From an uncultured Alphaproteobacteria bacterium (GTDB lineage Bacteria; Pseudomonadota; Alphaproteobacteria; Rs-D84): a DNA stretch of 64,000 bases. Location: contig CALXPB010000004.1 of assembly GCA_944390225.1 (NCBI GenBank), forward strand, positions 2,366 to 66,365, in the 5' to 3' direction. Under the pieces are notes generated by a model. The model saw nothing but the letters and a program-made list of their open reading frames with translations, made no database searches and was not told the origin of the DNA. Below, piece after piece: positions 49,578-59,179 of the stretch (its first letter is position 1; every line of letters starts with the position of its first letter). A program made the position numbers and the translations under genes.

Positions 49578-51272
49578 TCATTTTCCAATAGAGTTTGTGG
49601 TATAAAATTGTGTAAACATATCGTCTATCGGTCTTGTTGTTCCGCCTGTGGGTATTTCTGTCATAGATTTTTGGACTTTGGAATGCCGTCTGAATATTTT
49701 ATAGTCTTTGGATATAGAACTATTTACAAAATCCCAGAAAGCAAAAAGTTCTTCCATCTTTTCTCGTTTTGTCGAGTCTGCGTATTCAATAGATCCCATA
49801 GCGTCTTTTATTCGTTTTGTACCATTCTTAAATTTTACGCCTTTTTGTCTTATTAATTTATTTTTTATAAGGTTTGTAGTTTCAAAAGCAAGTATTCCGG
49901 CGGTCTTAATTACTTTATCAAAGCCCTTCAGAACAAATTTAAGGCCCTCATTTTTTTTGTTGAAAGACAAGTTTTCATCACCAAATAAAGTAAAGTCTTT
50001 TGTGGCTTCTTTTAATTTGTCTCGAACAGAAGAGGTCATTGCCCCATACCTTACCATTGCCAAGATTTCTAGAACGGTTTTCGCTTCTTCTACTTTATCA
50101 TTATGAACGGCATCTTTTATGATTTCTTGAACAAGATATCTCATCTGGTCGCCGTCTTTTGTTGCTTCCGCAAATGCTTTTGTTTTAGATAATTTATTTA
50201 ATACTTTTACAAAATAATCAAATTCGGTTTTTGCTTTTGGTGCCAGTTTAGATTTGATTTTGTCTGCATTTTCTAATATTTTTCCTAAACCATCAGTTGG
50301 GCGTATTTTGTTATCTATTATTTCAGATACAATATATGATGCATTCGTAGAATAAATATGTCTTTCATGTCTTGAACGCCATCTGCCAAAATAATCTTTT
50401 CCCCATTTATTTATTTTCTCTTTTGCCCTGTCAAAAAAACGTTTTCTATCTTTATATAATGGTGGCAAAAAGTTCTTATTATCTGGGTTGGTGTAATTAG
50501 ACTGATTTAATGCCTGATCAATAGAATAGCTTATTAATCTTGCGTCATCTTTAGTAGAAAAAGCATTAAAAACTTCTGATTTTGTTATAATACCCTTTAC
50601 AAGTTCGGTATAGTTTGCTTGAAAGTTAGATATTTCAACAGTTGTCGCTGGTCTTCCTTGACCGCTTTTTTCATATAATGTGGTAATGTCTGCAAGCGTA
50701 ATCGGTGGTGGAGGAAGTGCGGTACTATCATATATTATTCGTGCACAAACTGCTCTTAATATATCCAGTGCTTTTTTGTCTTTTTTAAACGAACCGTCAT
50801 TTAATTTGTTTATTAATTTATCTGTGGAAGCAGCAGGAATATCGTTTGCTTCTAGATGTGCCCGTATCGTGTTCAAATAGTTTGCAAAATCAGTAGCTTT
50901 GGCAGGTGTTAATATATTTGTTATATCTGAAGACACTTCGAAAGGTGCTATACATTTTCCAACACCGTAAAATTTATCTAAGAATTTTTCAACGTCTGCA
51001 TGATATTTTGTTGCACCTTTTCTTTCAGAGTTAAGTGAATATAAAATATTTTGAAAACTTTCATACAAAGTTTGCCAATCGGCATCGCTTCCTATACCGT
51101 ATTCTGTACTTGTTGGGTCTGGAAGAGGGGCGTCTGGATTCCAAGAGTTTTGGTCTTTTGTGGCATTATTCTTTTTTTTATAATCGGCTAACCTAGCACG
51201 TTGTGCATCATCCATCAGGGATAGATTTAATTGAACCGCCAAATCTCGTATAAATTTTTCAAATTCTGCCAT
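49578..51272 (-). CDS. large hypothetical protein (564 aa), helical, no signal peptide
   Basis: Long uninterrupted ORF in AT-rich DNA. No motif recognised. Confidence 0.55.
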   Translation of the reverse strand: MAEFEKFIRDLAVQLNLSLMDDAQRARLADYKKKNNATKDQNSWNPDAPLPDPTSTEYGIGSDADWQTLYESFQNILYSLNSERKGATKYHADVEKFLDKFYGVGKCIAPFEVSSDITNILTPAKATDFANYLNTIRAHLEANDIPAASTDKLINKLNDGSFKKDKKALDILRAVCARIIYDSTALPPPPITLADITTLYEKSGQGRPATTVEISNFQANYTELVKGIITKSEVFNAFSTKDDARLISYSIDQALNQSNYTNPDNKNFLPPLYKDRKRFFDRAKEKINKWGKDYFGRWRSRHERHIYSTNASYIVSEIIDNKIRPTDGLGKILENADKIKSKLAPKAKTEFDYFVKVLNKLSKTKAFAEATKDGDQMRYLVQEIIKDAVHNDKVEEAKTVLEILAMVRYGAMTSSVRDKLKEATKDFTLFGDENLSFNKKNEGLKFVLKGFDKVIKTAGILAFETTNLIKNKLIRQKGVKFKNGTKRIKDAMGSIEYADSTKREKMEELFAFWDFVNSSISKDYKIFRRHSKVQKSMTEIPTGGTTRPIDDMFTQFYTTNSIGK

Positions 51273-51410
51273 TATTCAACCCCGTTAAGTACTTTTCACC
51301 TGCCATATTATATATTATAATATTTTTGACAAAAAATTCAAGTGTGTTTGTGTAGAAGTAGGAAAGCCTTCTTGTGTTAATTATGTCGGTATTTCAGTTA
51401 AAATGCTGAC

Positions 51411-52076
51411 ATGAACATAATGTTAAAGAATCTTCTATTAAAAACCATACCTTATTTATTGTCTATAATAGGTGGAATTACAATATTTTTAATATCGTCG
51501 GATAAAGTTAAAAATCCAAATGTTAGCGGACTAATAGACAATATTGCTGCATCTTTACTATCTATACCGTTGGTATTTTTGTTATATGATTATACAAATT
51601 ATAGAATTTCTCGTCAGGTAAGTAGAAGCCTTGCCAGTAATATTTCGGACAAGGTAAATTCTGTGATATTAAATATAGTAGTATTTTTGCGCCATTCGTT
51701 AGGCTTGAAGGTAAACGTGCATTTAGAAACTTTTAATAAATTGCAAGATTGGTCTGTAAAAAAGATAGCAAGCCGTTTAAAGATAACTCGTTCTGAAATG
51801 AACAATTTGCGCGCATACAGGTACGAGATAGATGAAATAATATATCGAGCAAGCAGGGGAAATGTTTTAACTAGCGACCAAGAGCAAGTATTATCATCAT
51901 TAAGTCGAGAGATATTACATCTGATGACGGAACATAATTTTCACAGGGACAGGGCGATAATAGCGAAGCATGTAAAGAACATAATTTTACGGATAATAGA
52001 GTGGCAAGATAGCAGTGCGACAATGTCTACGGATTTAGAAAAGGAAATGCCGGAAGAATCTGCAGAAAGTATATAA
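51411..52076 (+). CDS. hypothetical membrane protein (2 N-terminal TM helices plus a cytoplasmic helical domain)
   Basis: 221 aa. Hydrophobic segments at about aa 10-30 and 45-65. No family recognised. Confidence 0.45.
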   Translation: MNIMLKNLLLKTIPYLLSIIGGITIFLISSDKVKNPNVSGLIDNIAASLLSIPLVFLLYDYTNYRISRQVSRSLASNISDKVNSVILNIVVFLRHSLGLKVNVHLETFNKLQDWSVKKIASRLKITRSEMNNLRAYRYEIDEIIYRASRGNVLTSDQEQVLSSLSREILHLMTEHNFHRDRAIIAKHVKNIILRIIEWQDSSATMSTDLEKEMPEESAESI

Positions 52077-52194
52077 GAGAAGGGAAAACGTAAAAAATGT
52101 TATTTTTTCTTGCAATTTATAAAATTTTATGTCAAAATTGCCCCCGAACTACGGAAAAAGATGCTGCAAAGTATCTTATTTCCGGTTCAGTTTT

Positions 52195-52270
52195 GGGGAC
52201 ATAGCTCAGTTGGTAGAGCAAATGACTTTTAATCATTGGGTCCAGGGTTCGAGTCCCTGTGTCCCCACCA
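52195..52270 (+). tRNA. tRNA-Lys (anticodon TTT)
   Basis: 76 nt. Acceptor GGGGACA/TGTCCCC, anticodon loop cTTTTaa, T-loop TTCGAGT, encoded CCA. Confidence 0.88.
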
Positions 52271-52274
52271 AGAT

Positions 52275-52302
52275 AACCTGTTGATTTCAGCAGGTTTTTT
52301 AT
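52275..52302 (+). terminator. intrinsic terminator after tRNA-Lys
   Basis: AACCTGTTGatttCAGCAGGTT+tttttt. The stop codon of the convergent PLD gene lies in the T-run. Confidence 0.7.
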
Positions 52303-53327
52303 TTTTGATATAAATCCCAAAGATATTCAAACTGTTTGGAAAAAGTTTTGTTTTCTTGTTCAAAGAACGTGCAATTTTCTGCGTTTGATTCTGTTGCACT
52401 TTCAGTCCAGTTATAACTGCCACTTTCTATTCTTTTCCCGTCAAATATAGCAAACTTATTGTGCATAATCTTATGACCGACATTTGTTATAACGGGGATA
52501 CCTGCGGATTCAAGTTCGTTAACCAACGAGAATTTACCTTTTGATTGTAATCTGTCTGTTATGACTCTTATTTTTGCACCACGTTCTTTTGCTTCTATTA
52601 TAGCATCAACTATATTTTGATTGGTTATAGAATAAACAGCGATATCAATCTTTTTAGCGTTGTTGATTTCAGCGATAATATTGTTTTCACAATCTGTACT
52701 TGGGGTAAAGTATACGCGTACCCATTTTTTATTAGAAACGGTCGGTGTCGGTCCGACGTCCTTTATTGTATTTTTATATTCTTTTTCTGATTTACCTATT
52801 AACTTTTTCCAAAAAGAAATATTTTCATCATTATCAGGTTGTTTTAAACCCAGAACATTAAAAACTTCCTGTGCCGCATCAGTACCTTCTTTGACTATTA
52901 AAAGAAGCATGTTATTTTTATCTTTCCTTGCAATTACTAATAAATCCCCAGGATAAGCAGCAAGCATAACATCGTTTTTACGATAATATAATTTATATTT
53001 ACGGTTACCATTTAACGATTTTGGAGTATAGAAATACCAGGTTGTTTCACCGAAAATTTCTAATTTTTCTTCCCCGTAATAAACAAACTGAGTATCATAA
53101 TAAACCTTATCTGGTCCTAATACATTTATTAAAGGTTTTGTTCCCTGTATTTCTATACTGGTGCTTTTATTATTTTTATATAATGAATCATTTCTTGCCA
53201 ATGTTTTAATAGCTACGCTTTGATATCGGGATAAATCAGAAATCTCAAAAGCAAAAACTTGTATAGAATTTATAAAAAAGCAAAATCCTATACAAATTTT
53301 TATAAAAAATAAAAACAGCTTTTTCAT
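52299..53327 (-). CDS. secreted phospholipase-D-superfamily (Nuc-like) nuclease with an unknown N-terminal domain
   Basis: Sec signal MKKLFLFF...VFA-FE. The C-terminal ~150 aa has a single HKD motif, HNKFAIFDGKRIESGSYNWT, preceded by IDIAVYSITNQNIVDAIIEAKERGAKIRVITD, the pattern of Nuc/PLD endonucleases. Confidence 0.72.
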   Translation of the reverse strand: MKKLFLFFIKICIGFCFFINSIQVFAFEISDLSRYQSVAIKTLARNDSLYKNNKSTSIEIQGTKPLINVLGPDKVYYDTQFVYYGEEKLEIFGETTWYFYTPKSLNGNRKYKLYYRKNDVMLAAYPGDLLVIARKDKNNMLLLIVKEGTDAAQEVFNVLGLKQPDNDENISFWKKLIGKSEKEYKNTIKDVGPTPTVSNKKWVRVYFTPSTDCENNIIAEINNAKKIDIAVYSITNQNIVDAIIEAKERGAKIRVITDRLQSKGKFSLVNELESAGIPVITNVGHKIMHNKFAIFDGKRIESGSYNWTESATESNAENCTFFEQENKTFSKQFEYLWDLYQK

Positions 53328-53345
53328 ATAAGATATAATTGCTAA

Positions 53346-54224
53346 TCACGAAAGTTTTTTCAAGTTTAAAAGAACTTGTTCTGCTACTAATCTAACGCAA
53401 TCTGGTATTATTCCGTTTCCAAGTTGCTTTCTTATACGCGACGAAGACAAATCCTTAGGAAATAAAAAAGAGTCAGGTAAGCCCATTATTTTTTGTATTT
53501 CTTTCAAAGTTATTTCATGTTCAACGCCGTTAACTAAATATGACATCCAATTATATGGTTCATTATGCTTTTTGTGGTTATGTGCAGTTAATACCGTATA
53601 ACCAATCTCTTTATTACATTTTCCACCGAACACGTCATGCATAGTAAATTTAAGAGGCACAGGTTCTGGAAAACGAAAAGTACTTGTGTCTTGATTCTCT
53701 CCACGAAATCCAACCATAAAGACTCGTTGTCGGACCTGTGGAATTCCACAATCGCAACCTTTTATTACTTTATAATGAAACGAATAACCTGCGTTCCTGA
53801 ACAGGTCGTGAATTATACGGAAACTTCTGCCGCCTTCGGCTGTAAGCAAGCCTTTTACATTTTCCAGAATAAAGGCTTTTGGACGGCAGTGTTTAATAAT
53901 GTTTAATACGTAGAAAAACATATTCCCTTTATCATCTTTTTCGTCTTTTAATCCTTTACGAAGTCCTGCCATAGAGAAGGACTGACAAGGCGGACTGCCG
54001 ACAAGAATATCAAATTCTGGTATGTCATGCGGGTTAAGTTCACGAATATCCGTTGGGTAGTTATTCTTTTTTACGCAGGGCAGGTCGGGGAAATTAGCAA
54101 GGAAAGTTTGACGGGCGTATTTATCTATTTCACAAGATAATACATTTTCCATAGGCAGTTCTTGAAGACCAAGTTCCCACCCCCCTATACCAGAGAATAG
54201 GTTTATGTATTTATATTTTTGCAT
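53346..54224 (-). CDS. dcm: DNA (cytosine-5)-methyltransferase, compact (292 aa)
   Basis: Motif I FSGIGGWELG, IV GSPPCQSFSMAG, VI ENVKGL, VIII QVRQRVFMVG, IX LTLKEIQKIMGLPDSF, X GNGIIP. The target-recognition region is short. Confidence 0.88.
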   Translation of the reverse strand: MQKYKYINLFSGIGGWELGLQELPMENVLSCEIDKYARQTFLANFPDLPCVKKNNYPTDIRELNPHDIPEFDILVGSPPCQSFSMAGLRKGLKDEKDDKGNMFFYVLNIIKHCRPKAFILENVKGLLTAEGGRSFRIIHDLFRNAGYSFHYKVIKGCDCGIPQVRQRVFMVGFRGENQDTSTFRFPEPVPLKFTMHDVFGGKCNKEIGYTVLTAHNHKKHNEPYNWMSYLVNGVEHEITLKEIQKIMGLPDSFLFPKDLSSSRIRKQLGNGIIPDCVRLVAEQVLLNLKKLS

Positions 54225-54384
54225 GAAGGCTCCTTGAAAATAAAAAAAAGCCCCTTAAACGGGGCAATAAAAAAGCGACCATTAAGGTCATCATCAATGA
54301 AGAACAGTATATCATAAAATAATAAAAAAATCAAGGCTATAAAGTTATGCTTGAAAAATTTTTTATAAATTTTACCCTGTATGT

Positions 54385-55113
54385 ATGCTGAAATATATAG
54401 ATATTCATTGCCATTTACAGAATGCATCTGATCCAGAATTTGTGTTAAATGATGTAGAAAAAGTGGGCGTGGTTTGTTGCGTATGTAATTCAACCAATGA
54501 AACAGATTGGGTAAAGTTAATCGACTTATCAAAAAATTATTCAGCAGTAAAATGTGCGTTTGGTATTCATCCTTGGGACCTTAAAGATTTAAAAGAGGGT
54601 TGGAAACAGCGTTTGACTGAGATTTTAAAGCAGAATTCAGAATTTATGGTCGGAGAAATAGGTTTGGATAAATATAAGCCTGATATAGATTTGCAGGAAA
54701 AAGTTTTTTGTGCGCAACTTGATATCGCGACTAATTTGAACAGAACTGTACATATACATTGTGTCGGGGCATGGGATAAAATGTTGCACATATTGAAAGA
54801 GTATAGAAAAAAATTACCACCGAAACTAATATTTCATTCTTATAACGGTGGTGTGGAATTTATGGAAAGATTGTTAGACTTGTGTGACGCTTATTTTTCT
54901 TATTCTCCGCTTGTTTTTGAGGAAGGTTATAAAAAAATAAAAGAATCTGCTGTTGCAACACCGTTGGATAGAATACTTATTGAAAGTGATGGTGAAAAGA
55001 TAGAAGAAGTTATAAAAGTTGCAGAAAAGCTTGCAGAAATGCGTGACGCAGAAAAATCAGACTTTATAATGCAGGTTTATGAAAACAGTAAAAGAGTTTT
55101 AGCAAATGGATAG
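54385..55113 (+). CDS. tatD: TatD-family metal-dependent hydrolase/DNase
   Basis: YIDIHCHL, GEIGLD, VHIHCV, FHSYNG, ESDG. Confidence 0.85.
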   Translation: MLKYIDIHCHLQNASDPEFVLNDVEKVGVVCCVCNSTNETDWVKLIDLSKNYSAVKCAFGIHPWDLKDLKEGWKQRLTEILKQNSEFMVGEIGLDKYKPDIDLQEKVFCAQLDIATNLNRTVHIHCVGAWDKMLHILKEYRKKLPPKLIFHSYNGGVEFMERLLDLCDAYFSYSPLVFEEGYKKIKESAVATPLDRILIESDGEKIEEVIKVAEKLAEMRDAEKSDFIMQVYENSKRVLANG

Positions 55114-55798
55114 ATTACACAGAACGCGGTTATTATTTGGTGTCGATGCTATATCGAAGTTGCAGAATGCGACGGTAATGGTTGTGGGGTGCGGTGCGGT
55201 TGGTTCTTTTGCGATAGAGGCTTTGGCACGAAGTGGTATCGGGCACCTGATATTGATAGATTTTGATAAGGTAGAAGAAACAAATATAAACCGTCAATTA
55301 TTTGCTTTGGAAAGCGCAGTGGGTAAATTAAAAGTAGATGTTGCAAAGGCAAGGATAAAAGATATATCGCCAGGCATAACTGTTGAAGCGTTAAATGTAT
55401 TTTTTGACAAGGATACCGAACTGGACGTAAAACCAGATTTTGTAATAGATGCGATAGATACGGTTGAATCAAAAATAGCCTTGTATAAATGGTGTCAGGA
55501 AAAGGGAATTCCTTTTATATCAAGTATGGGGGCGGCTCGTAAAACAGATATATCGCAGATAAAAGTCGATAAGATTTCTAAGACAAGTGTATGTCCATTG
55601 GCGGCAAAAATAAGAAAAATTGTGAAAGAAAAGGAATTGTCGGACTTTTATACTGTATTTTCAACGGAACCCGCTGACGATAATGTAAAAGGAAAAATAT
55701 TTGGCTCTGTCATAACTGTTACAGGTGTGTTTGGTTTATACCTTGCTAACTTTGCGATTAAATGTATAATTAACAACTATACAAATGCGGCAATTTAA
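55106..55798 (+). CDS. tcdA: tRNA threonylcarbamoyladenosine dehydratase (ThiF/MoeB-fold, TcdA/CsdL-like)
   Basis: R.RLLFG.DAISKLQNATVMVVGCGAVGSFAIEALARSGIGHLILIDFDKVEETNINRQ. About 230 aa, a single-domain E1-like protein. Confidence 0.78.
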   Translation: MDRLHRTRLLFGVDAISKLQNATVMVVGCGAVGSFAIEALARSGIGHLILIDFDKVEETNINRQLFALESAVGKLKVDVAKARIKDISPGITVEALNVFFDKDTELDVKPDFVIDAIDTVESKIALYKWCQEKGIPFISSMGAARKTDISQIKVDKISKTSVCPLAAKIRKIVKEKELSDFYTVFSTEPADDNVKGKIFGSVITVTGVFGLYLANFAIKCIINNYTNAAI

Positions 55799-55942
55799 TC
55801 TGGTGTTTATATTTGTAATGTGCTGATTTCTGGGGATAAGTATCTATTCCTAAATGGTTTATTCAGATTGAAAAAATAGAAAAAAGTATATATAATCATT
55901 TTGTCTTAGGACGTAAAATTTAATCTTAAAAGGAGAGAAAAG

Positions 55943-56155
55943 ATGAGAGGACTTACAGATTACGTTTTAAAACCATTGACTTTTATCGGTGCTCTGAACT
56001 GGGGGTTAATCGGTATATTTGGTTTTGATTTAGTTGCCTTTATCTTTGGGGTAGGTACACTTGCCAGCAGTATAGTATACAGTCTGGTCGGTATCGCCGC
56101 ATTGATATGGTTAATATGGATGTTCGTTGATAAATCTGATAAAAGCGAACGCTAA
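55943..56155 (+). CDS. DUF378-family small membrane protein
   Basis: LTFIGALNWGLIGIFGFDLVAFIFG is the DUF378 signature. SD aaaggagag. Confidence 0.7.
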   Translation: MRGLTDYVLKPLTFIGALNWGLIGIFGFDLVAFIFGVGTLASSIVYSLVGIAALIWLIWMFVDKSDKSER

Positions 56156-56185
56156 AAAAAAATAATTCAAAATTGTTCATGTCAT

Positions 56186-56209
56186 TCGCCCTGTTCGGGG
56201 CGATTTTTT
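56186..56209 (+). terminator. intrinsic terminator
   Basis: TCGCCCTgttcGGGGCGA+tttttt. Confidence 0.7.
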
Positions 56210-56359
56210 ATAAGTTTTTTGCGCGTAATATTATGAGTTTTCTAAAAAATCCTAAAAAATATAGGAATGTATACTTCTCGAAATATTCAGGAATTTATAG
56301 TATTAAATTTTCATTGCAAGGCGGTTGCTTACACATCGCTGTAATATGGAGAGATAATA

Positions 56360-57880
56360 ATGAAAATCATAATTCAAGCAGGTGGACTGGGGTCCAGAAT
56401 GAAGGCTTTGACTCGCGTAAAACCGAAAAGTCTGATTTCTGCAAAATATATGCCGATAATTTTTCATTTGTTCAAGAAATATCCGAAAGACGAGTTCATC
56501 ATCATAGGTGATTATAAATTTGATGTTTTGGATAGGTATTTATCAACTTTTGCAAAAGATGTTAATTATATGCTGGTTCGTGCCACTACAAAGGGGAATG
56601 CGGCCGGTATCAAAACGGCTGTATCGTATATACCAGATGATGAACCTTTTATGATTATATGGTCCGACATAATTTTGTCGGAAACTTTTTGCATAAACGA
56701 GATTGTAAAAGGCTGTCAGGTTGGTTTAGTGGACTTCCCTTGCTCTTGGAGTTTAAAAGACGGAAGGCTTGTTAACGAGCAAATAGCCGGTAAAGGTGTT
56801 GCAGGTCTATATATATTTGACAACAAAAGTTGGTTTACAGATTTTCCGAACGAGGGTTCTTTTACAAAATGGCTGGCAGAAAAAGATATACCATTAAGTC
56901 CGATTTCTTTAATGGGCAGTATTGATGTAGGGACTCTGGAAGCGTATAACGAGATTTCTACAACTGCAAATAGATGCCGTCCTTATAACAAAATAGAATT
57001 TATTGACGGAAAAGTTGTAAAAACCGGTCTAACACCCGAGGCTGTAAAACTGATAGAACGTGAAGTTGTATGGTATGAAAAAATGGAGGAGTATGGTTTT
57101 GATTATATTCCTAAAATTTATAATACCAATCCGTTAACTATGGAGCTCATACGGGGAAAAAATATATTTTTAACGGAAATGAATGATGATAATAAAAAAG
57201 AAACTATACGAAAAATGGTTCATGCATTACAGACAATGCATAGTTATGAAAAAGCCTCTTCTTCTGCGTGGGATTTGTATACAGAATACCTGAAAAAAAC
57301 TATACATAGATTACAGGGGATAATTTCAGCAATACCGTTTGCAAACGAAAGATTTATCAAAATAAACGGTAAAAATTGCCAGAACATAATGTGGAACATC
57401 GATTTATTGCGTCGTGCAGTTTTAAGTACTCTTATGAATACTTATTACGGTCCGATACACGGTGATTGTCAGTTGACCAACACCATGATAGATGACTTGG
57501 GAAAAATCTATTTCATAGATGCTCGTGGGTACTTCGGGAAAAGCCAAGTTCTTGGCGATGTTAGGTATGACTGGGCAAAAATGTATTACGCAATTTACGG
57601 AAATTTTGATCAATTTAATATAAAGAATTTTACCTTAGATATTTCCGAAGAAGATGTGTCTTTCAGTATTAATAGTGGTGGCTGGGAACATCTGACAGAT
57701 TATTTCTTGAATCTGATACCTAAAAAAGAAGCCAGTGTAAAAGAAATTAAATTGATTCACGCGATTATTTGGTTGTCGTTGGCTTCGCATGCGTGGGAGG
57801 ACTATGACTCTATGTGTATGGCGTTCTATAACGGGACTTTATTGTTTAACGATTGGTTAAGGGAGTATGAAAATGATTAA
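56360..57880 (+). CDS. bifunctional sugar-1-phosphate nucleotidyltransferase / APH-fold (anomeric sugar or choline-type) kinase
   Basis: N-terminus MKIIIQAGGLGSRMKALTRVKPKSLI (NTP_transferase G-x-G-x-R). The C-terminal half has IHGDCQLTNTMIDDLGKIYFIDARG (HGD..N / D.. catalytic and Mg loops of APH/ChoK kinases). Confidence 0.72.
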   Translation: MKIIIQAGGLGSRMKALTRVKPKSLISAKYMPIIFHLFKKYPKDEFIIIGDYKFDVLDRYLSTFAKDVNYMLVRATTKGNAAGIKTAVSYIPDDEPFMIIWSDIILSETFCINEIVKGCQVGLVDFPCSWSLKDGRLVNEQIAGKGVAGLYIFDNKSWFTDFPNEGSFTKWLAEKDIPLSPISLMGSIDVGTLEAYNEISTTANRCRPYNKIEFIDGKVVKTGLTPEAVKLIEREVVWYEKMEEYGFDYIPKIYNTNPLTMELIRGKNIFLTEMNDDNKKETIRKMVHALQTMHSYEKASSSAWDLYTEYLKKTIHRLQGIISAIPFANERFIKINGKNCQNIMWNIDLLRRAVLSTLMNTYYGPIHGDCQLTNTMIDDLGKIYFIDARGYFGKSQVLGDVRYDWAKMYYAIYGNFDQFNIKNFTLDISEEDVSFSINSGGWEHLTDYFLNLIPKKEASVKEIKLIHAIIWLSLASHAWEDYDSMCMAFYNGTLLFNDWLREYEND

Positions 57881-58265
57881 AGAATTACGTTTATCTCCTT
57901 TGCGTCATACATGGATTCTAGATTTTGACGGTACTTTGGTAAAGCACAACGGTTATAAAGACGGCATCACAAATCAAGACGAGTGGTTGCCGGGGGCTTT
58001 AGATTTTTTACAAAGCATTCCGGATGACGATTATGTACTGATTTTAACTGCTCGTGAAGACGAGCCAGAGGTTCGTGAACGCACAATTAACTTTATTTTA
58101 GATGCCGGCGTCAGATTTGATGACATAAAGTTTGCAATGCCGATGGGTGAAAGAATTTTATTTAACGATAATAAACCCAGCGGGTTATGTTGTGCTCATG
58201 TTTTTTCGCCGGAAAGGAATCAAGGCTTACAAGAAGTGTCGGTAATAATTGATAACAATCTTTAA
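57867..58265 (+). CDS. HAD-superfamily phosphatase-like protein
   Basis: 132 aa. Motif I WILDFDGTLV, motif II LILTAR. Overlaps the upstream gene by 14 nt. Confidence 0.5.
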   Translation: MKMIKELRLSPLRHTWILDFDGTLVKHNGYKDGITNQDEWLPGALDFLQSIPDDDYVLILTAREDEPEVRERTINFILDAGVRFDDIKFAMPMGERILFNDNKPSGLCCAHVFSPERNQGLQEVSVIIDNNL

Positions 58266-58281
58266 AAAATAAGGATGAAAC

Positions 58282-59178
58282 ATGCAAATATTAAAACCTA
58301 TTGTACATGAAACTATTTGGGGTGGTTCAAAATTGACTTCTTATTCGGGTTCGGACTGTCAGAAAATAGGGCATTTATATTCTGCAATAGATACCGAAGA
58401 ATTCAAGAACGAAATAATTTATGGGAAAGATAAAGGTAAAAACATTCACGAGTGGTTTATTGAAAATCGTGATAAGTATGGTCTAGGCAAATATTCCGAA
58501 TTGCCTATATTGATGGCCTTGGTCGAAGCAGATGATGACCTTTCCATACAAGTACACCCCGATGATAAAAAAGCACAAGAATTAGAAAATAAACCATTCG
58601 GAAAGAACGAGTCTTTTTACACACTAGAAGCACCGAAAAGCGGGAAAATGTATAACGGTTGCAAGGCAAAATCCGTTGAAGAAATGAAACAGAAAATAAA
58701 AGACGGTAAAATTGCCGAGACTTTGGATACTATGCCGTGCGAACAGGGTGATTATGTTTACATTGTCGGTGGTACTTTGCATGCCGCAACTGCCGGTTCT
58801 CTGCATTTTGAGATAGAAGAAAATTGTGAAAAGACTTATCGCTTTTATGACTATGACCGTGTTGATAAAGACGGTAAAAAAAGACCTTTGCAATTAGAAA
58901 AAGCACTTGCGTGCTTAGATGTAAATAAAAAGTCTAAATCCAGAAAATATAAAGACGGCGAGCCTATTGAAGAACGTATGTATTCTACTCAACTTGTTAA
59001 AGATACAGATGTTTTTGAAAACAAGGGAGATATGTTCGCTTTTGCGGTGATGTTGCAGGGTGAAAAAAATATTGACAGTATAAAGGTTTTACCAGGTACA
59101 GCAATATTGTTAGAACCAAATGAAAAACTGGATGTTTCCGGTTGTGAATTTATGATTGTTAAACCAAAAAGGGCATAA
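58282..59178 (+). CDS. type I phosphomannose-isomerase-like cupin sugar-phosphate isomerase
   Basis: ETIWGGSKL, LPILMALVEADDDLSIQVHPDD, FGKNESFYTLEA, and GGTLHA match the class I PMI zinc and catalytic motifs. Confidence 0.72.
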   Translation: MQILKPIVHETIWGGSKLTSYSGSDCQKIGHLYSAIDTEEFKNEIIYGKDKGKNIHEWFIENRDKYGLGKYSELPILMALVEADDDLSIQVHPDDKKAQELENKPFGKNESFYTLEAPKSGKMYNGCKAKSVEEMKQKIKDGKIAETLDTMPCEQGDYVYIVGGTLHAATAGSLHFEIEENCEKTYRFYDYDRVDKDGKKRPLQLEKALACLDVNKKSKSRKYKDGEPIEERMYSTQLVKDTDVFENKGDMFAFAVMLQGEKNIDSIKVLPGTAILLEPNEKLDVSGCEFMIVKPKRA

Positions 59179-59179
59179 A

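Noticed and set aside
37754-52270. Integrase or other mobility gene next to tRNA-His or tRNA-Lys that would define a classical genomic island.
   Set aside because: No tyrosine or serine recombinase-like ORF and no direct repeat of the tRNA-Lys 3' end was found in the window. Only the tRNA-His 3'-end repeats exist, and they have no cargo.
52299-54224. Calling the PLD nuclease plus C5 methylase a classical type II restriction-modification system.
   Set aside because: The nuclease has a convincing Sec-type signal peptide, which is incompatible with a cytoplasmic restriction enzyme. The pair is kept as a finding rather than an annotation.
56173-56511. A 112-aa ORF overlapping the start of the nucleotidyltransferase-kinase gene.
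   Set aside because: It begins inside the terminator of the DUF378 gene, overlaps the well-supported 56360 start in another frame, and has no SD.
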